Positions 29,196 through 40,112 are shown, counted from the stretch's first letter. The stretch is 64,000 bases of DNA from an uncultured delta proteobacterium (GCA_963806225.1 CAWDXG010000004.1:1536001-1600000), one strand, 5' to 3'. Notes: a model not told the origin generated them from the letters alone. Numbers and translations are program-made.

Positions 29196-31790
29196 ATGGG
29201 ACGCGAGGGCCCGCTGGGCCACGCGGAGTTGTCCGCAATCGACGAGCTGCTCGACGCCGGCGAGCTGGAAAAGGCGCAGCAGCGCCTGGCCGGCCTCGGT
29301 CAGTCGGCAGCGCTCGACGCCGGCACGAGCTACCTCGCGACACGGATCCTGTACCTGCGCGGGCGGCTGGACGCGCCCAGCGTCGCGGAGCGCCTGCGCG
29401 AACTCCTCGCGACCGTCGACGATTTCCCCGAGGCGCGCCGCATGCTCCAAGAGGCAGAACAGGACCGGCTGCCCCCGAGCCTGCGGGCCCCCGGGTCGAG
29501 CGTGCCGCCCGCGCGGGGGTCCGTGCCGGCGCCACAGGTCAGTGCGCCTGCGCTGGAGCTGGGCTTCTCGTCGACGCCGATCGACGAAGTACCGGACAGC
29601 GTGCCGGAGCCAGCTCCAGCGTCGGATCCGCGCGAGCATCGCGAGCGCTTCGTGCGCACCTCGTCGATCCCGCGCGCGCCCGGGCTTCCGCACTTCTCCG
29701 AACCGCCGGACAGCACGCCCAGCTATGCGCCGGAGACCGCTCGGCGGAGCTCCCCGCCCGCGGGCTCCGGCGACGGATCGCTGCCGTGGGTGGCGCACGA
29801 GCCACCGCCGCACGCGCGTACCCTGCCCGGCGCGCCCGGTGAAGCGCCGGCCGACCTCGCACAGGACCCGCTACCCGGCGTGCAGGCCATTCCCGACCTC
29901 GAACCGTCTGCCGAGGTCGGCGGCCCGCAGCACATCTCCGACCTGGCGCCACCCGCCGCCGATGCGGATCCCGACCGCCGCGGCCGCTACTCCGAGCATC
30001 CTCCGGCACCGGACCGGGTCGTCGTGCGCGGAAAGCGACCCCTGCCGCGCAGCGAGCCTCCGGATCCCGGACCGCCGGTCCTCGAACGCCCTGTTCGCTC
30101 CGGCGCACCACCGGCGCCTACGCTGGGAGCGCTGCCGTCGCTGTTCGAGCTGGCAACGCTGCTCGACGAGCACGAGTACCGCCGCATCATCAACGCCATC
30201 GACTCGGCTGGCGACGCCGGCCCAGGCTATGTCCTGATGCGCGCGCGGGCGCTGGCGGGCGAAGGACACCGGAGCGAAGCCCTCGCCACCCTCGAGCGCC
30301 TCACACGCGCCCCCCTGCTCGACCCCGAGCTGCGCGCGGGCGCCGCCCGGGTGCTGGTCGAGCTGGGCGACCTCCCGGGTGCCCTCGCCCAGGCGCGTCA
30401 GGCGCACGACGACGACCCCGAGCCGCCGCTCGTGCGTGTGACGCTGGCCTGGGCGCTCCTGCGCGGTGCGTGCCGACAGAGCGACGCCCGCGGTGTCGAG
30501 GAGGCGTCGGAGCTCCTGTCCGGCATCGGAACGCGCCGCGGCCCGCGTCCCGCGCTGGTCGCCGCGCTGCGCGCCCTGGAGCAGGCGCTGGGCGGCGATC
30601 CGGAGCGCGCCATCGGCGCTGCCCAGCGCGCGCTGGCTCTCGACGGAACATCGACCGACGCGCTCGCTGCGATCGCCCTCGCTTCCGGACGCCTCGAGCG
30701 CGCGCACGACGCACAGCAGGCCTGGCTCCGGCTACTCGAGCTCTCCTACGAGCAAGCCGATGCCATCAGCGACGAGCTGGAAGCGCTCGGCGTGAAGCTC
30801 GCGCACCTCGATCCCTCGCTGCGCCCCGGCGCCGGAGGCGAAGCGGTCTTCGAGCCGCTGGAGCTCATGCCCGGCGCGGGTCGCCGTGCCGACGCCATCG
30901 CGGCCTTCGAGCAGCTCGCCCGCGCCCGACTGACGCAACTGGCCGAGAGCGGCGCGAAGCACGACTTTTCGATCATCGCGCCGGTCGCCGCGAGCTTTCT
31001 GGCAACGACCGCGATCGCCCGCGACTTCGCGCCCTACGACCTTTCGCTGTGGAGCCTGGCGCGCCTCGACGCGCTCGCCGAGACCCTCTACGGCGGCGCG
31101 TCGCATCCGCGCGAGTCCGACGATTTCCCGGTGATTCTGCTTTTCGGGTGCTACCTGGGCGAAGCGATCCGCGGCGCGTACCAGGCAAAGTGGGAAGGCT
31201 CGGTCGCGCGCATCGATGAAGCCTGCGTGGTCGCCGGCGACCGCAGCTGGGCGCCTTTCGAGATGGTGCGGGAGCGTATCGAGCGCGGAACGCCGCTGGA
31301 CGCGAAGCTCGAGCCGGAAACGGAAGCGTGGGCACATCGCATCGCGACACCGGCGGCTCCGCCCTGCCCGTGGGATCCGCTGCCCTGGCCCGCGGCGGAC
31401 ACGCTGGAACAGCTCGGGCGTGCGCTCGGCAGCTCGCCCATCGGCGCGTGGTGTGCGGAGCACGCCGGGGGCCCGCTGGATCTGTCGATGCCCAGCCTGG
31501 CGGCGCTGGATCGCTACGTCGAGACCGTCGCGCCCCTGCGCGCGCCGTCCGACCCGGACGCCCCGTGGGCGCGCCGACCGGCGGTGCTGCTCGGCGCGTA
31601 CCTGGGGGAAGTGCTCCGGGCCCAGCTAGGCGGAAGCTGGCAGAGCACCGACGAGCCCGGCGCCAGGGGGTACGCCCTCCGGCTCGGTTCGACCCTGGTC
31701 ACGCCCGTCGTTTCGACCCTCGAACGCCTCGAAGGCCAGAGCCAGACGCCCCTGTCCGCCTACGCGCGCAGGACCGCGCAGGATACCTGA
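29196..31790 (+). CDS. TPR protein with Pro-rich linker and two C-terminal DUF3806-like repeats
   Basis: Long intact ORF; TPR-like helices; FGCYLGEAIR...W and LGAYLGEVLR...W repeats. Confidence 0.65.
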   Translation: MGREGPLGHAELSAIDELLDAGELEKAQQRLAGLGQSAALDAGTSYLATRILYLRGRLDAPSVAERLRELLATVDDFPEARRMLQEAEQDRLPPSLRAPGSSVPPARGSVPAPQVSAPALELGFSSTPIDEVPDSVPEPAPASDPREHRERFVRTSSIPRAPGLPHFSEPPDSTPSYAPETARRSSPPAGSGDGSLPWVAHEPPPHARTLPGAPGEAPADLAQDPLPGVQAIPDLEPSAEVGGPQHISDLAPPAADADPDRRGRYSEHPPAPDRVVVRGKRPLPRSEPPDPGPPVLERPVRSGAPPAPTLGALPSLFELATLLDEHEYRRIINAIDSAGDAGPGYVLMRARALAGEGHRSEALATLERLTRAPLLDPELRAGAARVLVELGDLPGALAQARQAHDDDPEPPLVRVTLAWALLRGACRQSDARGVEEASELLSGIGTRRGPRPALVAALRALEQALGGDPERAIGAAQRALALDGTSTDALAAIALASGRLERAHDAQQAWLRLLELSYEQADAISDELEALGVKLAHLDPSLRPGAGGEAVFEPLELMPGAGRRADAIAAFEQLARARLTQLAESGAKHDFSIIAPVAASFLATTAIARDFAPYDLSLWSLARLDALAETLYGGASHPRESDDFPVILLFGCYLGEAIRGAYQAKWEGSVARIDEACVVAGDRSWAPFEMVRERIERGTPLDAKLEPETEAWAHRIATPAAPPCPWDPLPWPAADTLEQLGRALGSSPIGAWCAEHAGGPLDLSMPSLAALDRYVETVAPLRAPSDPDAPWARRPAVLLGAYLGEVLRAQLGGSWQSTDEPGARGYALRLGSTLVTPVVSTLERLEGQSQTPLSAYARRTAQDT

Positions 31791-31840
31791 AGCGCTCCGG
31801 TTTCCGGGAGGCACCCGGACGGTCCCGGAGCAGGCGCCCT

Positions 31841-33581
31841 CTAGGGATGGATACTGACGAGCGTGCCGTCGCGCAGGCTCATGGCGCCGTGCCAGCCGGC
31901 GGGCACGGGCGGGTCGGTCCAGTCGAAGAGCCAGCGCGCGTCGATGGGCGCGAGGTTCACGCAGCCGTGGCTGCGCGGGATGCCGAACGCGTCGTGCCAG
32001 TACGCCGCGTGCAGCGCGTAGCCGTCCTTGAAGTACTGCACGTAGGGCACGTCGCGCAGGTCGAACTCGTCGTCCGCCTCGTCGCCGCTCATGGTGACGC
32101 TGATGTGCTTGGTATGGATCAGGAACACGCCGCGGACGGTGGAGTGCGTCTTCTCGGGGTCGCCGAGGCCGTCGACCCCCGTGGAGACGAGCGTGACGTA
32201 CACGGGCGTCGGTGCCTTCGTAGGCGACCAGCGCCTGCTTCAGGATCGACACGTCGATCCAGGTCCGCCCGGGGCTCGCCCAGCCGGGGCGGTGCTTCAT
32301 CGGATCGACGCGCACCAGGTGATCGTCGAGCAGCCACTGCCCGCTCTTGGTCTCGAGGTAGTGCGCGCCGCCGATGCGCGCGCTCTTTCCACTGATGGGC
32401 AGCGCCTCGCGGTAGGCGATCTGCCGTGCCTGCTTGAGGCCGTGGTCCGGATCGCCGTCGTAGAGCCACGCGCCGCGCGAGCGCACGAAGACGACGGGCA
32501 GCGTCGTCGTGCGGTCCAGCACGAGCCCGTGGAAGCTGGCTCGGCTCGACGGGGCGCAGGCTGATCGAGCGGCATCACGTCGAGATCCGTCGTCAGCCCC
32601 CAGCGGCGGCCGCCCGCCTCGAAGAAGTCGAGGAACGCGAAGCCGCTCTTGACCATGGCGTTGCCCGGTGGAGACCACACTTGCGTCGCGGCCGTAGCCG
32701 CTGAAGGTCGGCGCGGGCCGGCCGTCGGCGAGCACGGCCGGCACCGGACCGAACGGCGCGTCGCTTCCACGCGCGGGCGCGGAGATCGGGATGGCGCGCC
32801 AGATAGGGCTCGGTGTCGAGCTGCTGCTTCTTCGTGGGCACGCGCGTGTAGAAGGGCGGCGTGGGGAAGCGCGACTGCGCCGTAGCGATACGGCAGCACG
32901 GCGTGGCGGTCGGGCGCGCGTGCGGCTCGCCTGGACGACCGGATCGCCGAGGTCGAGCGTGGCCATCTTGCCGACGCAGACGTAGCCCTGCGGGTGCGAC
33001 GGCGGTACCAGCCCGGCTTGCATCCGGAGTGTCCGACCGGCTCGGCGCTCCGCGCCGACGATGGCGCCGGCGCGCAGGTAGCCGATGCGGCGCGACTTCC
33101 AGTCCGGCCGCGAGTAGACGAAGGTCTCCTTGGCGGTGGCCGCCAGCACGCGGTCGGGGTCGAGGACTTCGCGCCGGGCCGAGCGCGTGCAGCATGCCGC
33201 GGCGCGGGTCCTCGTCGAGCAGCTGGTCGGCGCCGCCGGGCACGCTGGGCGCTGGCGCGGCGGAGCTCGACGGCAGCCGGCGCGCCGCCGGGCAGTGTGG
33301 CGCCGAGGTCGGCGAGCTCATCGGGCGTCGGCGCGGGCCAGCTGCCGCGCTCGGAGGCGCTCGAGCTGCTGGACGGTCGGCTGCAGCACGAAAACCGGGT
33401 GCACTACCGGGCGCCGCCTGGCGCCCGGCGGCGGCACGGCGGGCTGGCCGACGGCCTGCCCGGGCGCAGGGCTGGGCGAGCCGGCGCGGATGGCCCCGCT
33501 CGAGGCCCGCTCCGCCATCGGGCAGCTCACCAGCAGGGCCGACGCCAGCACGGCGCCCAGTGTCGCGACGCGCGCAGTCAT
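31841..33581 (-). CDS. L,D-transpeptidase family protein, multiple apparent frameshifts
   Basis: C-terminal HAAYWHDAFGIPRSHGCVNL YkuD catalytic motif, WIDVSILKQALVAYEG, TLVSTG; N-terminal signal (ALLVSC) in another frame. Confidence 0.8.
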
Positions 33582-33702
33582 GACGCTTCGCCCCGTTGGT
33601 AGCGGCGTCCGACCCGATCTGGCCCAGTTCCGCGCGATCCCGGTCAGGTCTTGCGGCCGCACGGCCTGATTCCCGGGGCCGAGCCGTGTTAGACGCTCCG
33701 GC

Positions 33703-34885
33703 ATGGAAAGCATGACCCTGGACGGACTGTCGGCCCTGGACGACCACCTGAGCGAGGACGAGAAGATGATCCGCGACACGGTGCGGCGCTTCGTGCGCGA
33801 GCGCTATCCTGCCGCGCGCCGCGGAGCTGTTCGAAAAGGAGCAGTTCCCGGTCGATCTCGATCCCGGAGATCGCCGAGATGGGCCTGCTCGGCGCGAGCA
33901 TCCAGGGCTACGGCTGCGCCGGCATGAGCTCGGTGCAGTACGGCCTCCTTCTGCAGGAGCTCGAGTACGGCGACGGCGGCCTGCGCAGCTTCGTCAGCGT
34001 GCAGGGCTCGCTCGCCATGCACTCGATCTACGCCTACGGCAGCGAGGAGCAGAAGCAGAAGTACCTGCCCGAGATGGCGCAGGCCAAGCTCATCGGCTGC
34101 TTCGGCCTGACCGAGCCGGACAGCGGCTCCGATCCCGGCTCGATGATGACGCGCGCGAAGAAGGACGGCGACGAGTACGTCATCAGCGGCACGAAGATGT
34201 GGATCACCAACTCGCCGCTAGCGCACCTCGCCATCGTCTGGGCCAAGGTCGACGACGGCGGCCCCGAGTCGATCCGCGGCTTCATCGTGGAGCGCGGCAT
34301 GAAGGGCTTCGAGACGCCACGCATCCACGGCAAGATGAGCCTGCGCGCCAGCGAGACAGGCGAGATCGTGCTCGACGAGTGCCGCGTGCCCGCGAAGAAC
34401 ATGCTGCCCGAGCAAGCAGGGCCTGGGCGCGCCGCTCGGCTGCCTGTCGCAAGCGCGCTTCGGCATCGCCTGGGGCGCGCTGGGCGCGGCCAAGAGCTGC
34501 CTGGAGACGGCCGTCAGCTACGCGCAGAACCGCGTGCAGTTCGACGGCCCGATCGCGAAGAAAGCAGCTCATCCAGGAGCAGCTGGTGGAGATGGCCAGC
34601 GAGATCATCAAGGGCGACATCCTGGCGCTGCACTACGGCCGCATGAAAGACAACAACGGCAGGATCCGCCCCGAGCAGGTCTCGCTCTGCAAGCGCAACA
34701 ACGTGCGGGTGGCGCTGCAGTGCGCCCGCACCGCCCGCAGCATCCTCGGCGGCAACGGCATCCTGCTCGAGTACCCCGTCATCCGCCACATGCTGAACCT
34801 GGAGAGCGTCTACACCTACGAAGGCACGCACGAGGTGCACACGCTCGTCCTCGGCAAGGCGCTGACCGGCTACAACGCGTTCTAG
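33703..34885 (+). CDS. gcdH: Acyl-CoA dehydrogenase, glutaryl-CoA dehydrogenase-like, frameshifted
   Basis: [45 protein letters not shown]...[15 protein letters not shown] across several frames. Confidence 0.85.
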
Positions 34886-34910
34886 GCAGGCTCCGACAGG
34901 GACCCACACG

Positions 34911-34930
34911 AAGGGCCGAAGGTTCTTTTT
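34911..34930 (+). terminator. Possible intrinsic terminator after the acyl-CoA dehydrogenase
   Basis: AAGGGCC-GAA-GGTTCTT hairpin with G-U pairs followed by a short T run; weak. Confidence 0.3.
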
Positions 34931-35033
34931 GGGGTCGAGCCTTGTGGCGGCCGAGCGCGGCTAATCCAGCGGGTGGGCGGCGGGACGCACCGAAATGCAC
35001 GCCTCGCGCTGCTAGAGCGTCAGCCCGCAGAAC

Positions 35034-35696
35034 TCAGCGCTTGGCGAGAGGAATCGCGTCGTCGGGGTGCTCGACGCCGACGACCTTGCAGCGGCGGGCG
35101 ACGACGTCCAGGCCGGCGTCGACGACGCGGCCGACGACTTCGACCTGGTCGCCGCGCTGGAGCGAGAGGGCGCGGCGCTGGCCGCGTACGGGCACGACGC
35201 ACTCGAGGTGGCCGGCGGCAAAGGGGCGCGTGCCGTCGATCATCACGTACACGTCGCCAAGCGGGCTCGTCTGCACGCGGCGCACCGTGCCGCGCGTGCG
35301 CACGAGTCGATCGTTGAACGGCTCTTCGCTGCGCGCCGGGTCGCTATAGGCCGCGAGCAGCGTGTCGAGCGGCAGCTCGCTCGCCAGCTCGGGAGGCTCG
35401 GCGCTGGGCAGCGCGGTGTGCCGCGGCGCGGGCTGCGTACGCGCGGCAGCCTGGACGACGGGCGCGTGGTGCCGCTCGACGGCCATGGCGATCCCGCTCG
35501 CGAGCAGCGTACCGACCAGACACACGATCGCAGGCGTGGTCCAGCGCCAGCGCCGCGGGGGAACACCGTGCGCGTCGGGCGGACGCGGCGTGCAGACCTC
35601 CGCACAGGCCAGCGTCGTGTCGTAGGCGCCGGCATCGCTCTGGGCGAGGGCTTCGATCAGCGGAGGTTCCACGATGTGCCCCCGACGGGACTCCAT
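35034..35696 (-). CDS. Membrane-anchored OB-fold protein (tRNA_anti-like)
   Basis: One TM helix, then LLAAYSD....F.DRLVRTRGTV...LQRGDQVEVVGRV...C pattern. Confidence 0.6.
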   Translation of the reverse strand: MESRRGHIVEPPLIEALAQSDAGAYDTTLACAEVCTPRPPDAHGVPPRRWRWTTPAIVCLVGTLLASGIAMAVERHHAPVVQAAARTQPAPRHTALPSAEPPELASELPLDTLLAAYSDPARSEEPFNDRLVRTRGTVRRVQTSPLGDVYVMIDGTRPFAAGHLECVVPVRGQRRALSLQRGDQVEVVGRVVDAGLDVVARRCKVVGVEHPDDAIPLAKR

Positions 35697-35751
35697 GTGG
35701 CGCCCCCAGGCCAAGTTCCGGGAGCCGATCCGCAGGCGTATCCGCATAAAT

Positions 35752-35791
35752 ATGTGACAAAATGCCACATATTTGTGGCATTTTGTCACAT
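35752..35791. promoter_or_regulatory. 40-bp perfect AT-rich inverted repeat
   Basis: ATGTGACAAAATGCCACA-tatt-TGTGGCATTTTGTCACAT (18-bp arms), overlapping the rlmE stop codon. Confidence 0.6.
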
Positions 35792-36400
35792 CTCTGAGGC
35801 ACTGGCGGACTTCAAGCCCAGGCCCACCAGGAACAGTTCCGAGCTGTTCTGTCGCGTGCCGCGCGGGCGGATCACCTTGCAGCTCTGGTAGCGCTCGGTG
35901 ACGGCCCGCCGCGCTTCGGGAAAGTCGCCGCTCATGAACAGCTTGCCGGCAAAGCTCGAGCCGTCGCGTCCCAGCGCTATCGCAACCTCGAGAGCGCGCA
36001 GGAACAGCTCGAAGCTCCGCGCCTGATCACGCACCTTCGAACCGCTGGTACTGGGCGCCATGTCGCTGAGCACAACGTCATAGGGCGCCGCTTCCGACAG
36101 CGCAGCTTCGTCGAGATCCAGCGCATCAGCCTGCATCACGCTGACGTTGGGCGCGAACTCCTGGGCGATAGGCTGCAGATCGATGGCGACCACGCGCCCC
36201 TTCGCCCCGACACGCTGGCTGGCGTACAGGCTGAACGAGCCGGGCGCCGCGCCCAGGTCGAGCACGTGCTGCCCGGGCGCGAGCAGGTGCAGCCGCTCGT
36301 CGATCTCGCGCAGCTTGAACACGCTGCGCGCGGGGTAGCCCGCGGCCTTGGCCTGACGGGTGCGGGGATCGCCCGCGTAGGGATTGTTGCGACGGCTCAT
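35786..36400 (-). CDS. rlmE: 23S rRNA 2'-O-methyltransferase RlmE/FtsJ
   Basis: AKAAGYPARSVFKL, VLDLGAAPGS, VLSDMAP, K and SSE catalytic-tetrad motifs. Confidence 0.93.
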   Translation of the reverse strand: MSRRNNPYAGDPRTRQAKAAGYPARSVFKLREIDERLHLLAPGQHVLDLGAAPGSFSLYASQRVGAKGRVVAIDLQPIAQEFAPNVSVMQADALDLDEAALSEAAPYDVVLSDMAPSTSGSKVRDQARSFELFLRALEVAIALGRDGSSFAGKLFMSGDFPEARRAVTERYQSCKVIRPRGTRQNSSELFLVGLGLKSASASEM

Positions 36401-38094
36401 GGTGATTTGCGGCGAGCGACAGCGAGCCCGCGCCGAGCGGACCGGTCACCCCGAGCCTTGCGCGACGCATGCCCGGACGCCAGGGTGGCGAGCACGCTCC
36501 GGCTCGGCGTGGGCCCATCCGGGCCCTCCGGGCAATCGAGACCGGACGGAAAGTCCTTGAGCTGGCGGAGCTCGACGCCGGCTTCGCGGGCGGCGCTGTG
36601 CAGCATGCGGCGCAGCCCGCTCTGCCAGGTCTTCGTGTGGTTGGTCACGGCGAGCAGGCGGCCCCCCGGTTCGAGCAGCGACAGCGCGTCGCGGGCGACG
36701 GCCACGTAGCTCTTCTCGACGGAGAAGGTGCCGCGCTTGGCGCGCGTGCCGAAGCTCGGCGGATCGAGCACGACCAGCCCGTAGCGCTCCTGCCTGCGGC
36801 GGGCGCGGCGCAGCCAGTCGATCACGTCGTCCTTTTCGAAGCGGTGTGCGGCGGGGTCGAGGCCGTTCAGCGCGAAGTTGTCGCGGCCCCGCTCCAGAGC
36901 CCGCCCCGACAGATCGACGCTGGTGGTGTGCGCGCCGCCCATGGCGGCGGCCACGCTGAACGAGCACGTGTAGGCAAACAGGTTGAGCATGCGCTTCGAT
37001 GCGAGCTCGCGCCACGCGCGCACGGTTGTCGCGCTGGTCGACGAACAGCCCCGTGGACAGCCCGTCACCAAGCTCCACGTGGAACTGGAGCGGTCCTTCG
37101 TGCACCGTGAGCGGGCCAGGCGCGGATCGCCCGCGATCGGTTCGGCGGGCGCGAGCGCGCCCGCGTGCTGCCGGCGCAGATCCGCGCGCACGCGCAGCTT
37201 CAGGTACACGCCGCGCGCGCCGAGCTCGACGAGCAGCCCAGCGATCTCCTGGCGACGCCGGTAGGCCTCGTCGTCGGAGATGGAGAGCACGGCGAAGTCG
37301 CCGTAGCGATCCACCACGACGCCCGGCATCAGGTCGCCGGCGTCGTTCGACCAGACGAAGGCGTCGCTCGCGGAGAGCGGCGTGCGGCGCACGCCGGCGT
37401 CGAGCAGGCGCGCGCGCGGCTCGAGTGCCGGCTGGCGCCCCTCGAACCAGGCTTCGAGCTCTTCGGGTACGGCTGCTTCGAAATGGCGCCCGGCCAAGCT
37501 CGATGGAGCGGGCGTGCAGCATCAGCCGCGGCGCGGGCGCGCCGCCGTACAGCCGATCGCCGGCGATGGGCGCCGAGCGCTGTGCGACAGCTGCACGCGC
37601 AGCTGATGCGTGCGGCCCGTCTCCGGCTCGAGCTCGACCAGCGCGCGGCCGGCGTTGCGGCGGAGCACGCGGTAGCGCGCCCGCGCGTGCTGCCCGCCGC
37701 GCTGCGACGACGCGCGTACGGCCGCCCTTGTCATGGCGAGCCGGTGTTCGAACGCGCCCTCTGCGGGAAGCCCGGGGTCGCTCACCGCCGCCACGTACAC
37801 GCGGCGCGCGGCGTGCGACTCCATGAGGCGGGCGATCTCCGCGTTCATGCCGCGGCGGCGCGTGAAGAACAGGACACCCGAGGCGTCCTTGTCCAGCCGC
37901 TGGTGCACGCCGAGATAGTCGTGCTCGCCGCGTTCGCCGAGCCAACGCGAAAGCCGTCTGACCACGTCGTCGCCGAGCCGCTCGTCCCCGCCATGCACAG
38001 CGATACCCGACGGCTTGTCGACGACGAGCAGATCGTCGTCGAGCACAACGACGCGCGCGTCGTTCCACCAGCCGAGCAGAGCCTCGAACGCCAT
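36397..38094 (-). CDS. Probable fusion of RluA-family pseudouridine synthase and RlmI/RlmK-like SAM methyltransferase, frameshifted
   Basis: VDKPSG, HQRLDKDASG, TGRTHQLRV, PIAGDRLYG, LMLHA; then PGVVVDRYGD, STGLFVDQRDNR, LNLFAYTCSFS, VVLDPPSF. Confidence 0.78.
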
Positions 38095-38114
38095 CGATAA
38101 TCCCGTAGCCGCCT

Positions 38115-38615
38115 TCAGCCGGAGGGCGAGCGAAGCGAGCCCCGGCGCAGCGAAGCAAGCCCGCGCCGAGCGAAGCGAGGCGCGTCGGGGGTCCGGGGGG
38201 CGGGAGCCCCCGGCGGAGGACTCCGGCGGGGGTGGGCGGGCGGGACACAAACCAATCTCACGCCGCCCCGCGCCGTAGGGCGCCCCCGCGCCGTAGGGCA
38301 AAGCGAAGCGAGCCCCCGCCACATCGCCGTAGGGCAAAGCGAAGCGAGCCCCCGCCACATCGCCGTAGGGCAAAGCGAAGCGAGCCCCCGCCACATCGCC
38401 GTAGGGCAAAGCGAAGCGAGCCCCGGCGCAGCGAAGCAAGCCCGCGCCGAGCGAAGCGAGGCGCGTCGGGGGTCCGGGGGCGGTGAGCCCCCGGCGGAGG
38501 ATTCCGGCGGGGGTGGGCGGGCGGGACACAAACCATCTCGACGCCGCCCCGCGCCGTAGGGCAAAGCGAAGCGAGCCCCCGCCACATCGCCGTGACGGGC
38601 GGGACACAAACCCAT
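38115..38615 (-). repeat. Intergenic REP/BIME-like mosaic with 36-bp tandem units
   Basis: GCCGTAGGGCAAAGCGAAGCGAGCCCCCGCCACATC at 38290, 38326, 38362, 38398 (partial) and 38553; about 125-bp repeat with period about 281; reverse complement of the modules at 15.2-15.85 kb. Confidence 0.88.
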
Positions 38616-38671
38616 CCAACACCGGACAATGACGTCCGGCCCAACGGAGCCGCACCCGCGTGAGCGCGCGC

Positions 38672-39340
38672 CTACGCGCTCTTCGGCTTGCCGCCCCAGC
38701 GCTTGATCGCGCCGCGCACGACGACCAGCCCGTTCTTCGAGCCCGGCACGCCGCCGCGGATCAGCACCAGGTTCTCTTCCGCCAGCACCTTGACGACGCG
38801 CTGGTTGAGCACGCTCGTCTTCTTGTTGCCGTGCTGCCCCGGCATCTTGAGGCCGGGCAGAACGCGGCCCGGCGTCATGTTGCTGCCGATGGAGCCGCCG
38901 TGGCGCTTGTACTCGTGAGCGCCGTGCGAGCCGCCCGCACCGCGGAAGTTGTGGCGCCGCATGACGCCCGAGAAACCACGCCCGCGCGACACGCCCTGCA
39001 CGTCGACGAACTGACCGGCCTCGAACAGCTCGTCGAGCTTGAGCTCTTGACCGATGTCGTACTTGGCAGCGTAGTCCGCCGGGCAGCGGAACTCGCGCAG
39101 CGTGCGGCGCGCCGAGACACCCTGCTTCTTGAAGAAGCCGCCTAGGGGCTTGTTGGTGTGCTTTTCCTTGCGCTCGCCCACGCCCAGCACCAACGCATCG
39201 TAGCCATCCTTTTCGGCCGTGCGCTTGGCGACGATGACGGGACGCGACTCCACCACCGTGCACGGGGTGACGCTGCCGTCCTCGTTGAAGATCTGCGTCA
39301 TGCCGACCTTGCGGCCAATGACACCCGGGTACTGGTTCAT
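38672..39340 (-). CDS. rplC: 50S ribosomal protein L3
   Basis: [61 protein letters not shown]. Confidence 0.97.
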   Translation of the reverse strand: MNQYPGVIGRKVGMTQIFNEDGSVTPCTVVESRPVIVAKRTAEKDGYDALVLGVGERKEKHTNKPLGGFFKKQGVSARRTLREFRCPADYAAKYDIGQELKLDELFEAGQFVDVQGVSRGRGFSGVMRRHNFRGAGGSHGAHEYKRHGGSIGSNMTPGRVLPGLKMPGQHGNKKTSVLNQRVVKVLAEENLVLIRGGVPGSKNGLVVVRGAIKRWGGKPKSA

Positions 39341-39499
39341 GGGGGTCCTCGCTCCTGTCTCTTCTCTACGTCCACGGCTTCGGGCGGCATCACGCGAGGG
39401 AGCCATCCCAGGGACCGGGGCACGCGGGGATAGCCCCCTCCGGGGAGTCCGTCAAGCCGGTCCGCACCGCGGCGGGGTCGATCCCGGGCGTCTCGGGCG

Positions 39500-39527
39500 T
39501 TGACGGCGCCCCGCCGAGGTGCATAAT
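39500..39527 (+). promoter_or_regulatory. Sigma70-type promoter of rplS
   Basis: TTGACG-16 bp-CATAAT ending 34 bp before the rplS ATG. Confidence 0.55.
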
Positions 39528-39561
39528 GCCGCACCTCGATTTCCCCGACCGGATCACCGCC

Positions 39562-39921
39562 ATGTCCACGACCACACCCGTTATCTCGGCGCTCGAGCGC
39601 CAGGCCCTCCGCAGCGACCTGCCCGACTTCCGCGTCGGCGACACGATCGCGGTCCACTACCAGATCGTCGAGGGCGACAAGCTCCGGGTGCAGGTGTTCC
39701 GCGGCACGGTCATCAAGCGGCATCGCGCCGGCGCCCGCTCCACCTTCACGGTGCGCAAGGTCAGCTTCAACGTGGGCGTGGAGCGCATCTTCCTGCTGCA
39801 CTCGCCCCGGATCGAGAAGATCGAGGTGTTCTCGCGTGGCGTCGTGCGCCGCGCGCGGCTCTTCTACCTGCGCGGCCTGTCGGGCAAGAAGGCGCGCATC
39901 AAGGACGTGAAGGACCGCTGA
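39562..39921 (+). CDS. rplS: 50S ribosomal protein L19
   Basis: [48 protein letters not shown]. Confidence 0.97.
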   Translation: MSTTTPVISALERQALRSDLPDFRVGDTIAVHYQIVEGDKLRVQVFRGTVIKRHRAGARSTFTVRKVSFNVGVERIFLLHSPRIEKIEVFSRGVVRRARLFYLRGLSGKKARIKDVKDR

Positions 39922-40112
39922 CCCGCGGGGCTGCCACGCCCTGTCGTCTGCACCGGCGAGCCTGGGTCAGGCCGTCCGGCCGCTGGCCCGGAAGCCCCCG
40001 TCGCCCGCGCTGACGGACTACTCCGGGCGAGGCGAAAACGGGTATGCTGGCCGCCGCCACGCCGTCCATGCGATACCGGGCGGCGTTCACGCGTTCCCAG
40101 CGGAGGTCGTCG

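Noticed and set aside
33703..34885. Pseudogene or programmed frameshift interpretation of split genes
   Set aside because: Motifs are intact, there are several shifts per gene and no consistent slippery site, so sequencing error is more parsimonious.
38290..38424. 36-bp repeats resembling a CRISPR array
   Set aside because: Units are directly adjacent with no unique spacers, there are no cas genes, and the modules belong to the dispersed REP-like family.
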